Assembly (NCBI GenBank): GCA_002245135.1
Contig: NGBS01000304.1
Span: 62,001 to 126,000, forward strand
DNA from: Proteromonas lacertae
Lineage: Eukaryota
Reading direction: 5' to 3'
DNA: 64,000 bases
The notes beneath the pieces were generated by a model. The model did no database searches. It was not told the origin of the DNA and was given only the letters and a program-made list of their open reading frames with translations. The position numbers were made by a program, and so were the translations under genes. Below are positions 12,971 through 26,767 of the stretch, one piece after another. The number at the start of each line of letters is the position of its first letter. The stretch's first letter is position 1.

Positions 12971-13943
12971 TTAATGAGTTATTGATGATATATAATCATT
13001 TGGCTTTACAAAATATTCTAAATGCTCTTGTAAAAAACTATTTAAAAAATAAATAAATATAAGAACATAAATACTTCAATAGCAACGTCAATTTTGAGAA
13101 CAAAACATCCATAATTGATTGATTATTACTTACAAGCGACACTAATTGTGGTAATTTAACTATCAATCTTAATAAATGTTCAGCTCCATATATTTCACTA
13201 AACTTTTTATCTTTATTCTTTTCCATTATACTATCAGCTTGAGCTTTTTCATTTGGATATAATAGCAGCAAAGGCAGCGACATATTGAAATAATCAATGA
13301 TTGATTTAACTATTTGACTTTCTATCATTTTGACTTGTGTATCCTCTATTGATTCTATAAATTCAGACATTATATTCTCCACATTTGGTTCTCTCGGTAG
13401 CGGAACCCATAAATGATTAGATATAACCATATCATATTCTTCCACCATCTGTGCTTTTAGTCCAAATGACATTGAAGCTGATAATGTAGAATCAAAGAGA
13501 TTATCCTGAGCTATATGTTCTTTTAAATCAACTTGTATTGTAGGTGCTATATTCTGTCTTTTGTCAATATCATCCTTCTTCTTCTTGTCTTCTGCTTCTT
13601 TCTTTAATCTATTTTAAATTAACACAAGTGATATACTTAGCTTGAAGTTTTTTGGCTAATTCTTCTCTATTTTTCCAATTCTGTGGAAGTTTTTTTAAAT
13701 AGATATTCTTCATCAACCCATTCATCCCATTTACTAGACCATTTCAAATAATGAATAAAATATTTATAACTATTTGAATCTTTATCATACTCACATTCAT
13801 TTAACTACTTTGTATAAGAAAAACGAAATAAATACTCTAGCTACAAACAAGGAATCCTGTGAATAACACAATACAGAATCACCTACTTCGTATGGAGCTG
13901 TTTTAGGCTCATTACTTTCTTCTATCTCCATTTTTTCTGACAT
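12971..13943 (-). CDS. EAF3: MRG15/Eaf3 chromodomain-MRG protein
   Basis: Chromo-barrel YEVGDSVLC..YFIHYLKWSSKWDEWVDE; MRG domain LPREPNVENI, YFNMSLPLLLLYPNE, SEIYGAEHLLRLIVKLP. Confidence 0.9.
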
Positions 13944-14145
13944 TTCTCAAAAAGGCGCGAAACTTCAAACCTTTCAAGTTTAATTTAATCTATCCTTAAT
14001 AATAAAAGGCTGAATTATTCTCATAACTATAAAAACTTGTACATTTAATCACATCATCAATGCAAATTCAGCACATAAACTATACAGCAATTTATAAACT
14101 AATTTTTTAATCACTTTTTACATTAATTCAAGAAAATTCTTGAAA

Positions 14146-15523
14146 ATGCCAGAAGTGATTGTAGCGTTAGGAAGCAACCTAGGTATGTCTAATAAATATA
14201 TCCTGCTTATTTTATATCTTAGGGGATAAATGCAAGAATATTACAAAGGCCCTCAACTATTTATCAAAAATTGGTACAATTAAAAAAACATCCTTCTTGT
14301 ACAGTACAATCCCTAGATATGTTACAGACCAACCTAAGTTTTTAAACTGTGCTTGTAAGCTAGATTCAAAATTAACACCACAAGACCTATTGAGGGAGTT
14401 TAAAAGAATAGAAGATACAATTGGTAGAGAAAAGACTATTAGATATGGTCCAAGATTAATTGATGTTGATATTATTTTTTATGATAATCTAGTAATGCAT
14501 GACGATAAAATCGATGAATTAGGCGATTTAACCATTCCACATAAATTAATGCATGAAAGGGATTTTGTATTAGCACCGTTGAAAGATATTTCGCCCAATT
14601 TTGTTCATCCAATCTTAAAGAAAAGTGTTCTTCAGTTACTTGGTACAGTTAAAGACGAAACCAGCAGAGTAATTCAACTTTCTCCTGAAATGATAATACC
14701 AATTGACAGAGGTTGTCAAATCATGGGAATATTAAACTGTACTCCTGATAGCTTCAGTGATGGTGGTAAATTTAATAACCAAGAAGCAACTGAAAAGCGA
14801 ATCCAGGAAATGATTGACTCAAATGTTGATATTATAGATGTTGGTGGTGAATCAAGTCGACCAGGAGCGGATTCAATATCTGTAGAAGAAGAAATAAACC
14901 GTGTATTACCAGTTATAAAGACAATTCGTGAGAAATCGAAAAACATTCCAATCTCAGTTGATACTGTCAAATCAGAAGTAGCTAAGATATGTCTCGAGAA
15001 TGGTGCTAATATAATAAACGATATTTCAGGTGGTAAATTTGATGAAAAAATGTATGAAATAATCAGAGAATATGGATGTCCTTATATAATGATGCATATG
15101 AGAGGTAATCCCAAGACAATGGATAAAATGACAGAATATAAAGATCTAATCAAAGAAGTTGGTGAAGATTTAAACAATTTAATTCACAAAGCTACAGAAG
15201 CAGGTATTCCTAGGTTCAATTTGATTGCTGATCCAGGTATTGGATTTGCTAAAACTCAAAAACAGAATTGTGAATTGATAAAGAAATCCAAACAACTCTC
15301 TAAATTACTGGATGATATACCATTACTGTATGGACCTTCTAGAAAGAGGTTTATTGGTGAATATACTGGTAGAACTATAGCATCAGAAAGATTGATGGGT
15401 ACTGCAGCTTGTGCAGCTATTTCTATTATGAATGGAGTTCAATTTATAAGAGTGCATGATGTTAAGGAGATAAAAGAGGTTGCAATGATGACTAATGCTA
15501 TTAAAGAGTGTGATTTAGAATAA
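14146..15523 (+). CDS. folK-folP: Bifunctional HPPK-DHPS (folate biosynthesis), one intron
   Basis: HPPK motifs VALGSNLG, FLNCA, YGPRLIDVDII, LTIPH, ERDFVLAPL; DHPS motifs MGILNCTPDSFSDGG, DVGGESSRPG, DPGIGFAK, GPSRKRF, IRVHDV. Confidence 0.95.
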
Positions 15524-15971
15524 TTAATTGATTTTTAAATTTGTGTTGAATATTATTGTCTTTTTTTTTCATTCGGATTATGTCTGTTTTATGATACATA
15601 TTTTTGTTTGTAAAACCATCATCCCTTGTTATAATTACAAGAATTTTTCTATTTTAAATATCTCTTTTAAAATAACTCCATCAATTTGTACTAAAACATT
15701 AAACAACTTTAGCATAAATCAATAACTAACAACATTCATTTATAGTACAAAAAATAAAATAAAAAATATATATTCGTTTTTTGATGAATTCACGTCAGTA
15801 TCTCTCAAACCTAAATTAATATAGAAAATAAGTATAGTTCGAATCGTGTGGATCTGGAGTGACAAGATCTATTTTGATATTTGTATGTTTTATATCTAAT
15901 CTAGACTATTCTAAATTTTGTTTTTTCTATAATCTTCTTTTATCTTGCATTTTCTTATATTTTATAGAAAC

Positions 15972-18076
15972 ATGACGGAATACATTGCTTCCATGACCGA
16001 TAAGGTCACCAATACACTGGATAAATTACCAGTGATTGCGGATACAGTCGGATTAGAATATGATACACCTCATGGAGTATTATTATTCACAAAACGTGAA
16101 TGCGACTACTATGGTAAACTATTCGATATGTTGGATTGGGATGAAGATGAAGAAGTAGTAGGCAAAGAAATAACTGCATTTTTAAAGCGTTCAAAAGTAG
16201 ATCAAAAATCTTTAGCAGAAATGTGGTTATTAGGTGGATGCGAAGAAGAATCAAAACCATCATTAGAGCGTTACGAATTCTTCATTGTTTTAAAGCTTAT
16301 AGCATGTGCCCAAGTCGATGATGGTGTGTTTGATATTGATGATTTAACATTAGAGCGTCCATTACCATTACCAGACTTTGGATTATCTGAGATGGGTCCA
16401 GATGAAGTAGATGAAGCCACTGACCCAGATAATACATTATCAATCTCAATCGATGGAACAAAAGAAGTTGGTACATTTTTAAAGAAACATACTGAATATG
16501 TAATTAAATGTCATACAAGCTATCCTCATTTCATGCAAGAAGATCCCAAAGTATCAAGAAGATATAATGACTTCGTTTGGTTACATCAACGTCTTACTGA
16601 AAGATTTCCACAATGTATGGTACCTCCACTTCCTGAAAAACAATTTAGTGGAAGATTTGCCTCTGATTTTGTAGAAACTCGAAGATTAGCTTTACAGACC
16701 TTCTTTAATGAAGTAGTAAGACAGAAAGAATTAGCTACATCCGTTGATCTAATGATCTTCTTATGTACAAGTGACAAAGGTTTGGCTCAAGCTCAAACTA
16801 TTATGGGATCTTTAGAAAAAATGAATTTAGTAAGTGCCATGAAATCTATTGGTCAATCTGTAGCAGGAGCAGTAAGTGGACAACAAGGAATGGTCAGTGA
16901 AGAAGATAGAGAATTCAAAGAAGTAGAAATTGAATTAGATCAATTCAAAAGATACATTGGTTCAGTTCATGAAACAACCAATCAAATTGTCTCAAAGAGT
17001 AAAGATATTGGTACATCTTTTGATACTATTTCTACTGCCTTCAATACACTTGCTGAGACTAGTGAAGGTAATCAAGAAGAGACTGATTATTATAATACCT
17101 GTAGTACTAACTTTGGTGAAGTATCAATCGCATTGAGTGGATATGCAGAGGCACTAAGAAGTAATTTATTAACTCCCATTGGATTTACTCAAAATAAGAC
17201 AAAGTCTATTAATGGATTAATAATTAACCGCCAAAAAGCTAAAGCAAAGGTTCGAGAATCTGAAAGATTGGTTGAAAAGAGAAGAAAGGAATTAACAGAA
17301 GCTAGATCTAAAGGAAGAGATAAGGTTTCAGTAGCACAAGATAATTTAGATGATGCTAGAGATTTAAGATTTGATAAACGATCTAAAGCTAGAGAAGTCT
17401 TAGTTGGTTTAAGAGATGGTTATATTAAATTCGAAAAAGATAAAGTTACAGATTTAAGTTCAACAATAAAGAATTATGTTAATAACCAAATTGAATTTTA
17501 TAAAGTTCAAACTGAACAATGGCAAAGAATATTGGAATCATTTAAATATACACCTGAAGAGATAGAAGAAGCAAAGAAAGTAGTAGCTGAAACTCAATGT
17601 GAAGAGAATGAATATTTAGACAATAATAATAATGATGAAGATGAAGATAATTCAGATGATGATGATGATCACCATCACCACCATCATAAGAAAGATAAGA
17701 AATCTAAACATGGCCATGACAAAAAGAAAGATAAAGATAGCAAACATAGTAAGAAAGATAAGAAGAAGAAATCAAAGAAAGATTCATCAGATAGTGATGA
17801 TGATTCTGATAATAATAATAATAATAATAGTGATTCAGATAGTAGTGAAGAAGAGAAGAAAAAGAAGAAGAAGGATAAAAAATCTAAAGATAAAAAGACA
17901 AGAAAGATAAAAAAGATAAGAAGAAGGAACAAAAAGAAGATAAAGAAGCACCAGCTGCACCTGAAGCTAATGATGATGAAGCACCTGCTGTTGCTGCTAC
18001 TACTGAAGGTACAAATGAAGAAGATGGTAATAAAAAAGCTGATTCGTCTGATGATGATGTAAATGCTACAGTATAA
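15972..18076 (+). CDS. Sorting nexin-like protein: EH-like domain + PX + BAR/coiled-coil + charged low-complexity tail
   Basis: EH-like YYGKLFDMLDWD..FLKRSKVDQKSLAEMWLL..EFFIVLKLIACAQ; PX VSRRYNDFVWLH..PPLPEKQ..FVETRRLALQTF; one A missing near 17895 shifts the tail (restored end ..KADSSDDDVNATV*). Confidence 0.85.
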
Positions 18077-18330
18077 ATGGTATTTGATGTATTTTGACGG
18101 ATCATTTAAATGCTATTTTTGTTATTTTTAAGAAATAATATATATCTATAAATATATTGTGTTTTTTTATTTAGTTTAGTTATTGTATGAAATGACAAAA
18201 TTTTTATCAAACAATCATCAAATCTTTTTTTCATTTTTCTAAGAATATGAGTTGGAATAATAATTATAATAATCCGCATGTATATTTTATTATCTATAAT
18301 TAATATTTTATTGAAATATAGCCAAATAAT

Positions 18331-18941
18331 ATGTATCCTATTTCTAATCAACAAAGATATCTTCTTCAACAGCAACAACTTCAACAACATCAGCAACTAC
18401 AACAACAACAACAGCTACAACAACAACGTCATTTATATCAACAACAGCTACAACAACAAAGAATAGTCCAAACAAAAGTATATAGTGCTATTATTTGCAA
18501 TAGCCACCTGAATATGAAATGTGTAGGAAGAAAATAAACATGTATAAAGCAATATGTAAGAAAGAACAAAGTTCTTTCAATAATTATGAACAGATATTTA
18601 ATTCGTTGGGTATAAATCCTTATATATTGATATATTTATCAATAGAGAATTGTAAATGCAGAAATAAAGAAGAATTCGAAGATGTGAAAAGAAAGATGTA
18701 TATTAAATATATATTATTATCAAAATAGGAATGTAACTGTATCAAAGATTCGTGATAGAACTTCCAAACAACGTATTTATATATTGTTTTAGTAAATTAT
18801 TATAAAATAGTTTACTGTAGCTTATCATTGAAATTATTAAAAGTAGTAAAGAAGATAAATGATTTGCCAAGTCACAAAGAGAAAATTGTTGGAGATTTAG
18901 ACAATTTATTAAAATCTCAAGGTTTACTAATAGATATTTAA
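18331..18941 (+). CDS. Small Gln-rich hypothetical protein (5 exons)
   Basis: Poly-Q first exon; four GT-AG mini-introns keep one frame open to TAA at 18939-18941. Confidence 0.55.
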
Positions 18942-19024
18942 TAAAATCCCAAACAATAATATTCATTATAAGAATATAATATAATGAATCCTCGATAATA
19001 ATAATTTGTTAATTCTTTTCAGAA

Positions 19025-22000
19025 TTATACGTTTGTTCTACTAATCTTTCTTTGTTGAGCTTTACTGATGATTTCTTCGTTTTTCTTAATAGTAGCTTTT
19101 CTTGTTGTAACACCCAACTTTCCATTACTTTCATCCTTTACTATTGGTTGTTGCCAAGCATCTTTTACTGTTGGTTTTTGATTTTTAAAATCTCTAAAAC
19201 TTTCTACCCATTTCTTCGCTGTTTCTACTCCATTTTCACCATCTACTTTCATATGAATCTTTCTTTCAGTATCACCTGGTTCATATGTCTTTAACACTGA
19301 ATCTCGAACCTTTAATACTAATGTAAATTCAGTTGAACCTTCTTTATATTCAATTCCGCTGTAACATTCAAATGGAATATTCTGCTTTTCTTCTAAATAC
19401 ACTTTTCCATAATAACTAGGAATCATTGAATCATAGATTCTTAATACAGCTGGTTCATAATACAATACACAATATCTTCTTTGCCATTTATCAATTACTC
19501 TATCATGAGCTTCTTTCAATAAATATCCTTCCATTATTACTTCACTTGTGTATGGTTTATAAATCTCTTCATCTTCAACTCCATTATCTTCTTTGAACTT
19601 TTCTATTGGAATTACAGTATCCATTATCTTTTCACTCTTTTGTAAATCTTTCTTAGATACAGTTGATGATGATGATGAGGAGGAGGATTTTGATACTGTT
19701 ATGTAAATAACTGCTCCAATTATTGCTATTAATAATATACAACCTATTACTATCAATAATATTGCCCACCAATTCTTCTTTGCCCAAGAATCTTCTTTTG
19801 GAGGATTGGATGGTGGTTTATAATGGTCAACTTCTTCACCAAGTTGAGTTTCAGGATTGAAATACTCTTTTGGATCTTTCTTCACATTATTTTCTTGAGC
19901 AGCTATTGTAATTTCCTTTACAGCTTCAATGAATTCAGTCTTTTAATCAATTCTTTAACCAAATCACCTAATGGATTACCTTCATCACTTATTTCTGCTG
20001 GTAATTCTTTCAATGTTTCTTGTATACTTTTACTAATATCAGTGTCAATATTATCTTTTGTACTATCAATGTAACTGTCACTTGGACCAACTAATGTTAG
20101 TACAGTATTAGCAAATTCAATTGGATCAATATCTCCATCTGTTTTAATTTTACTCCAAATATCATCATTCACATCTAATTCTCTAATACTACCTTTTTTT
20201 GGTAATTTTTCACCTTTACTTCCATCGTCTGGATATTTACTATCTTCTATATATTTTACTATCAATTTTATCTTTTTGAATTCTTTATCTTCATCATTTG
20301 ATTTATCTTCAATCCAATAAGGACTATCATTAAATAATGACGTAAGTGATGTAACAAACTTCTCGGCAAAAAGTGTAAAATTACCATTACCTTCTCCACT
20401 TTCTTCAAATGAATATGTAGCTTGAACTTTCGCACAATACTCTTTTGTATAATTTCTGTCGCAACATAATTTTTGTGGATCTAACTCATATGGGCATGTT
20501 TCTATTCAAATATATAAATAATATGTTTATACCTCCATAAAACACACTAACCTTATAAGATATTTCCAAATTAGGTTTATCACCTTTAAATTTAACCAAT
20601 ATTGGAGTTGTATGTTTTTCTATTTTAGGTTTTGATTTATAAGCTATATTCAAATTATCCCATTCGAAAATTGTGTCATTGTTTTTGATATCTCCTCCTT
20701 TTATTTCGAATTTATTTACATTATCCCCTGCCAAATTAACATTCATATCAAAAGAATCTATTTCATCACTAACAAATGGATAACTTACAATTATTTTAGC
20801 TTCAAAATCTTTATTATTATTAACCACAACTGGAACTTTGGATAAATATTTATTAATATATGGATTATTCTCAATTACAGCAATTGTTACAGTTGTTGAT
20901 CCAGCTTTAGTATTATCATCATTTCTACATTTTATAACACAATTAACATAATCGATTTTTTTAGAAATATCGATTTTTAAATTATTATTCTTATCAAAAC
21001 TTATGCCATTACTATCTTTAGCACATTCGGGTTTATCATATTTATAATTGGGATTACTTGGCTTTATTATCATATCATTATCACCATAATTACCATCTTT
21101 GATAAATTTTACATTACTTTTTGAATATGGACATTTTATTATCTTACTTTCAGGTTCAGTTGTAACATCAGCAGTAGTTTCTATTTCTTCAGCTTCACAA
21201 TATTCACCACTAATATATATATCCATTTCCATACTTAATTCAGTTTGAATAGATGTCTCTGATTTTAATCCTATTGTTGTTAATACTGGAGTTATTGTTG
21301 CTGTTGGGACTGCTTCTACGGTTATTTTAGCATCTGCTTTAGGATCTACTGTCGCAGCTGTATAGGCAATTTTTAATGAGGTTACTATTCATATATTATT
21401 ATTATATTATTATACTTTTACCTTCAGTACTTTCACAAATTGTACCTTTCACTGATCCACCATCTTTACAGTCTTTTAACGTCTTCGTTTCACCACTTAT
21501 ATCACATTCTCCACTTATATCTTCTAACAATTCTAAACTGTATACACTTCCAGCTAATGATGCAGATTCTTCACTTTTACTAACTGAATATACAACATAA
21601 CTATTATCACCTTTCTTTATTAATACATTCTTATCATTTACATAATACGTTATTTCATCAGCATCACTTCCTGTTGTGAATTTTATTATTGTATCAGCTG
21701 GAACTGCTTTACTTTCAGATGGTGTTGCTGATTTACAGTAACTACCATCTATATAACTTTTCATTTCATTACTTAATTTAGTTTGAATAGATGTCTCTGA
21801 TTTTAATCCTATTGTTGTTAATACTGGAGTTATTGTTGCTGTTGGGACTACTTCTACGGTTATTTTAGCATCTGCTTTAGGATTTACTGTCGCAGCTGTA
21901 TAGGCAATTTTAATGAGGTTACTATTCATATATTATTATTATATTATTATACTTTTACCTTCAGTACTTTCACAAATTGTACCTTTCACTGATCCACCAT

Positions 22001-25000
22001 CTTTACAGTCTTTTAACGTCTTCGTTTCACCACTTATATCACATTCTCCACTTATATCTTCTAACAATTCTAAACTGTATACACTTCCAGCTAATGATGC
22101 AGATTCTTCACTTTTACTAACTGAATATACAACATAACTATTATCACCTTTCTTTATTATACATTCTTATCATTTACATAATACGTTATTTCATCAGCAT
22201 CACTTCCTGTTGTGAATTTTATTATTGTATCAGCTGGAACTGCTTTACTTTCAGATGGTGTTGCTGATTTACAGTAACTACCATCTATATAACTTTTCAT
22301 TTCATTACTTAATTTAGTTTGAATAGATGTCTCTGATTTTAATCCTATTGTTGTTAATACTGGAGTTATTGTTGCTGTTGGGACTACTTCTACGGTTATT
22401 TTAGCATCTGCTTTAGGATTTACTGTCGCAGCTGTATAGGCAATTTTTAATGAGGTTACTATTCATATATTATTATTATATTATTATACTTTTACCTTCA
22501 GTACTTTCACAAATTGTACCTTTCACTGATCCACCATCTTTACAGTCTTTTAACGTCTTCGTTTCACCACTTATATCACATTCTCCACTTATATCTTCTA
22601 ACAATTCTAAACTGTATACACTTCCAGCTAATGATGCAGATTCTTCACTTTTACTAACTGAATATACAACATAACTATTATCACCTTTCTTTATTAATAC
22701 ATTCTTATCATTTACATAATACGTTATTTCATCAGCATCACTTCCTGTTGTGAATTTTATTATTGTATCAGCTGGAACTGCTTTACTTTCAGATGGTGTT
22801 GCTGATTTACAGTAACTACCATCTATATAACTTTTCATTTCATTACTTAATTTAGTTTGAATAGATGTCTCTGATTTTAATCCTATTGTTGTTAATACTG
22901 GAGTTATTGTTGCTGTTGGGACTACTTCTACGGTTATTTTAGCATCTGCTTTAGGATTTACTGTCGCAGCTGTATAGGCAATTTTTAATGAGGTTACTAT
23001 TCATATATTATTATTATATTATTATACTTTTACCTTCAGTACTTTCACAAATTGTACCTTTCACTGATCCACCATCTTTACAGTCTTTTAACGTCTTCGT
23101 TTCACCACTTATATCACATTCTCCACTTATATCTTCTAACAATTCTAAACTGTATACACTTCCAGCTAATGATGCAGATTCTTCACTTTTACTAACTGAA
23201 TATACAACATAACTATTATCACCTTTCTTTATTAATACATTCTTATCATTTACATAATACGTTATTTCATCAGCATCACTTCCTGTTGTGAATTTTATTA
23301 TTGTATCAGCTGGAACTGCTTTACTTTCAGATGGTGTTGCTGATTTACAGTAACTACCATCTATATAACTTTTCATTTCATTACTTAATTTAGTTTGAAT
23401 AGATGTCTCTGATTTTAATCCTATTGTTGTTAATACTGGAGTTATTGTTGCTGTTGGGACTACTTCTACGGTTATTTTAGCATCTGCTTTAGGATTTACT
23501 GTCGCAGCTGTATAGGCAATTTTTAATGAGGTTACTATTCATATATTATTATTATATTATTATACTTTTACCTTCAGTACTTTCACAAATTGTACCTTTC
23601 ACTGATCCACCATCTTTACAGTCTTTTAACGTCTTCGTTTCACCACTTATATCACATTCTCCACTTATATCTTCTAAACAATTCTAAACTGTATACACTT
23701 CCAGCTAATGATGCAGATTCTTCACTTTTACTAACTGAATATACAACATAACTATTATCACCTTTCTTTATTAATACATTCTTATCATTTACATAATACG
23801 TTATTTCATCAGCATCACTTCCTGTTGTGAATTTTATTATTGTATCAGCTGGAACTGCTTTACTTTCAGATGGTGTTGCTGATTTACAGTAACTACCATC
23901 TATATAACTTTTCATTTCATTACTTAATTTAGTTTGAATAGATGTCTCTGATTTTAATCCTATTGTTGTTAATACTGGAGTTATTGTTGCTGTTGGGACT
24001 ACTTCTACGGTTATTTTAGCATCTGCTTTAGGATTTACTGTCGCAGCTGTATAGGCAATTTTTAATGAGGTTACTATTCATATATTATTATTATATTATT
24101 ATACTTTTACCTTCAGTACTTTCACAAATTGTACCTTTCACTGATCCACCATCTTTACAGTCTTTTAACGTCTTCGTTTCACCACTTATATCACATTCTC
24201 CACTTATATCTTCTAACAATTCTAAACTGTATACACTTCCAGCTAATGATGCAGATTCTTCACTTTTACTAACTGAATATACAACATAACTATTATCACC
24301 TTTCTTTATTAATACATTCTTATCATTTACATAATACGTTATTTCATCAGCATCACTTCCTGTTGTGAATTTTATTATTGTATCAGCTGGAACTGCTTTA
24401 CTTTCAGATGGTGTTGCTGATTTACAGTAACTACCATCTATATAACTTTTCATTTCATTACTTAATTTAGTTTGAATAGATGTCTCTGATTTTAATCCTA
24501 TTGTTGTTAATACTGGAGTTATTGTTGCTGTTGGGACTACTTCTACGGTTATTTTAGCATCTGCTTTAGGATTTACTGTCGCAGCTGTATAGGCAATTTT
24601 TAATGAGGTTACTATTCATATATTATTATTATATTATTATACTTTTACCTTCAGTACTTTCACAAATTGTACCTTTCACTGATCCACCATCTTTACAGTC
24701 TTTTAACGTCTTCGTTTCACCACTTATATCACATTCTCCACTTATATCTTCTAACAATTCTAAACTGTATACACTTCCAGCTAATGATGCAGATTCTTCA
24801 CTTTTACTAACTGAATATACAACATAACTATTATCATCTTTCTTTATTAATACATTCTTATCATTTACATAATACGTTATTTCATCAGCATCACTTCCTG
24901 TTGTGAATTTTATTATTGTATCAGCTGGAACTGCTTTACTTTCAGATGGTGTTGCTGATTTACAGTAACTACCATCTATATAACTTTTCATTTCATTACT

Positions 25001-26172
25001 TAATTTAGTTTGAATAGATGTCTCTGATTTTAATCCTATTGTTGTTAATACTGGAGTTATTGTTGCTGTTGGGACTACTTCTACGGTTATTTTAGCATCT
25101 GCTTTAGGATTTACTGTCGCAGCTGTATAGGCAATTTTTAATGAGGTTACTATTCATATATTATTATTATATTATTATACTTTTACCTTCAGTACTTTCA
25201 CAAATTGTACCTTTCACTGATCCACCATCTTTACAGTCTTTTAACGTCTTCGTTTCACCACTTATATCACATTCTCCACTTATATCTTCTAACAATTCTA
25301 AACTGTATACACTTCCAGCTAATGATGCAGATTCTTCACTTTTACTAACTGAATATACAACATAACTATTATCACCTTTCTTTATTAATACATTCTTATC
25401 ATTTACATAATACGTTATTTCATCAGCATCACTTCCTGTTGTGAATTTTATTATTGTATCAGCTGGAACTGCTTTACTTTCAGATGGTGTTGCTGATTTA
25501 CAGTAACTACCATCTATATAACTTTTCATTTCATTACTTAATTTAGTTTGAATAGATGTCTCTGATTTTAATCCTATTGTTGTTAATACTGGAGTTATTG
25601 TTGCTGTTGGGACTACTTCTACGGTTATTTTAGCATCTGCTTTAGGATTTACTGTCGCAGCTGTATAGGCAATTTTTAATGAGGTTACTATTCATATATT
25701 ATTATTATATTATTATACTTTTACCTTCAGTACTTTCACAAATTGTACCTTTCACTGATCCACCATCTTTACAGTCTTTTAACGTCTTCGTTTCACCACT
25801 TATATCACATTCTCCACTTATATCTTCTAACAATTCTAAACTGTATACACTTCCAGCTAATGATGCAGATTCTTCACTTTTACTAACTGAATATACAACA
25901 TAACTATTATCACCTTTCTTTATTAATACATTCTTATCATTTACATAATACGTTATTTCATCAGCATCACTTCCTGTTGTGAATTTCAAAATTGAATCCA
26001 TCTGGAACATGTTTTACTCATCTTGCTAGTCTTCCTAGTGCAAACGATATTACTCAAATAAGAACATACTTGAAACTGCCTAAATCAGACTCCATAAGAC
26101 ACTCAATCGACGCAAATCAATACTATTAATACAATATATTCTATCTATTATACTCAAAATAATCGATTTCAT
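19025..26172 (-). CDS. Type I membrane protein: putative signal peptide, ~8.8 tandem ~169-aa beta-rich Cys-containing repeats, unique ectodomain, TM helix, cytoplasmic PH domain
   Basis: Candidate start MKSIILILICV at ~26172 in an error-rich region; repeat exons; TM WWAILLIVIGCILLIAIIGAVIYI; PH-like MEGYLLKE..KWQRRYCVL..LRIY..ETAKKWVESF. Confidence 0.7.
21236..25986 (-). repeat. 538-bp tandem array (exon + one small intron), ~8.8 near-identical copies
   Basis: The same landmark recurs at 21376, 21913, 22450, 22988, ~23526, 24065, 24603, 25141 and 25679. Confidence 0.97.
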
Positions 26173-26767
26173 AACTGTCATAAATCCACCAATCAAAATC
26201 AGCTTACAATTGAACCAATAAACTTTTTTCATTTGTCAAACTAACCAATTAAATCTCATTAATTATAGAGTTTAGTTTGAGGTATTACGATTATACTATA
26301 ACCATTATTTTCTCATATTCTAGTCCATCATTATAGAAAAGTATCTACTCTCCACCTTTGCAAGAATAACTCCTTCAGATGAGCTGTATATTTTGACTTT
26401 TATATTATTCTTTGTTTTATAATTTCAATTCGTTATTTATATTCTCTACAATAATAACTTTGATGTTAAATGTGATGTTATTTTGTTTTAATCATGATTA
26501 TTGTCAAAATAGATTTGAATAATTACAAAATTTGAAGTGAATATTGGTTGAATAATTAACTGTATGGATTTTTTGAATAAAATATGCTCATATCTACTCC
26601 ATCATATCTATAGGTAACATCAACATCATCATCTCACAAATTTATCTCTAAATGTTCTCAATAATCTATATCACTACAGTTTAATAATCGTGTTGCAATA
26701 ATATAATGAGTTATGTTATTATTAATAAACAATATATAACAATAAACAAGAAAATAATAAATGTTGC

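Noticed and set aside
21376..25903. Repeated 74-aa + strand ORFs (MRLLFIYYYY..)
   Set aside because: Antisense shadows of the minus-strand repeat exons
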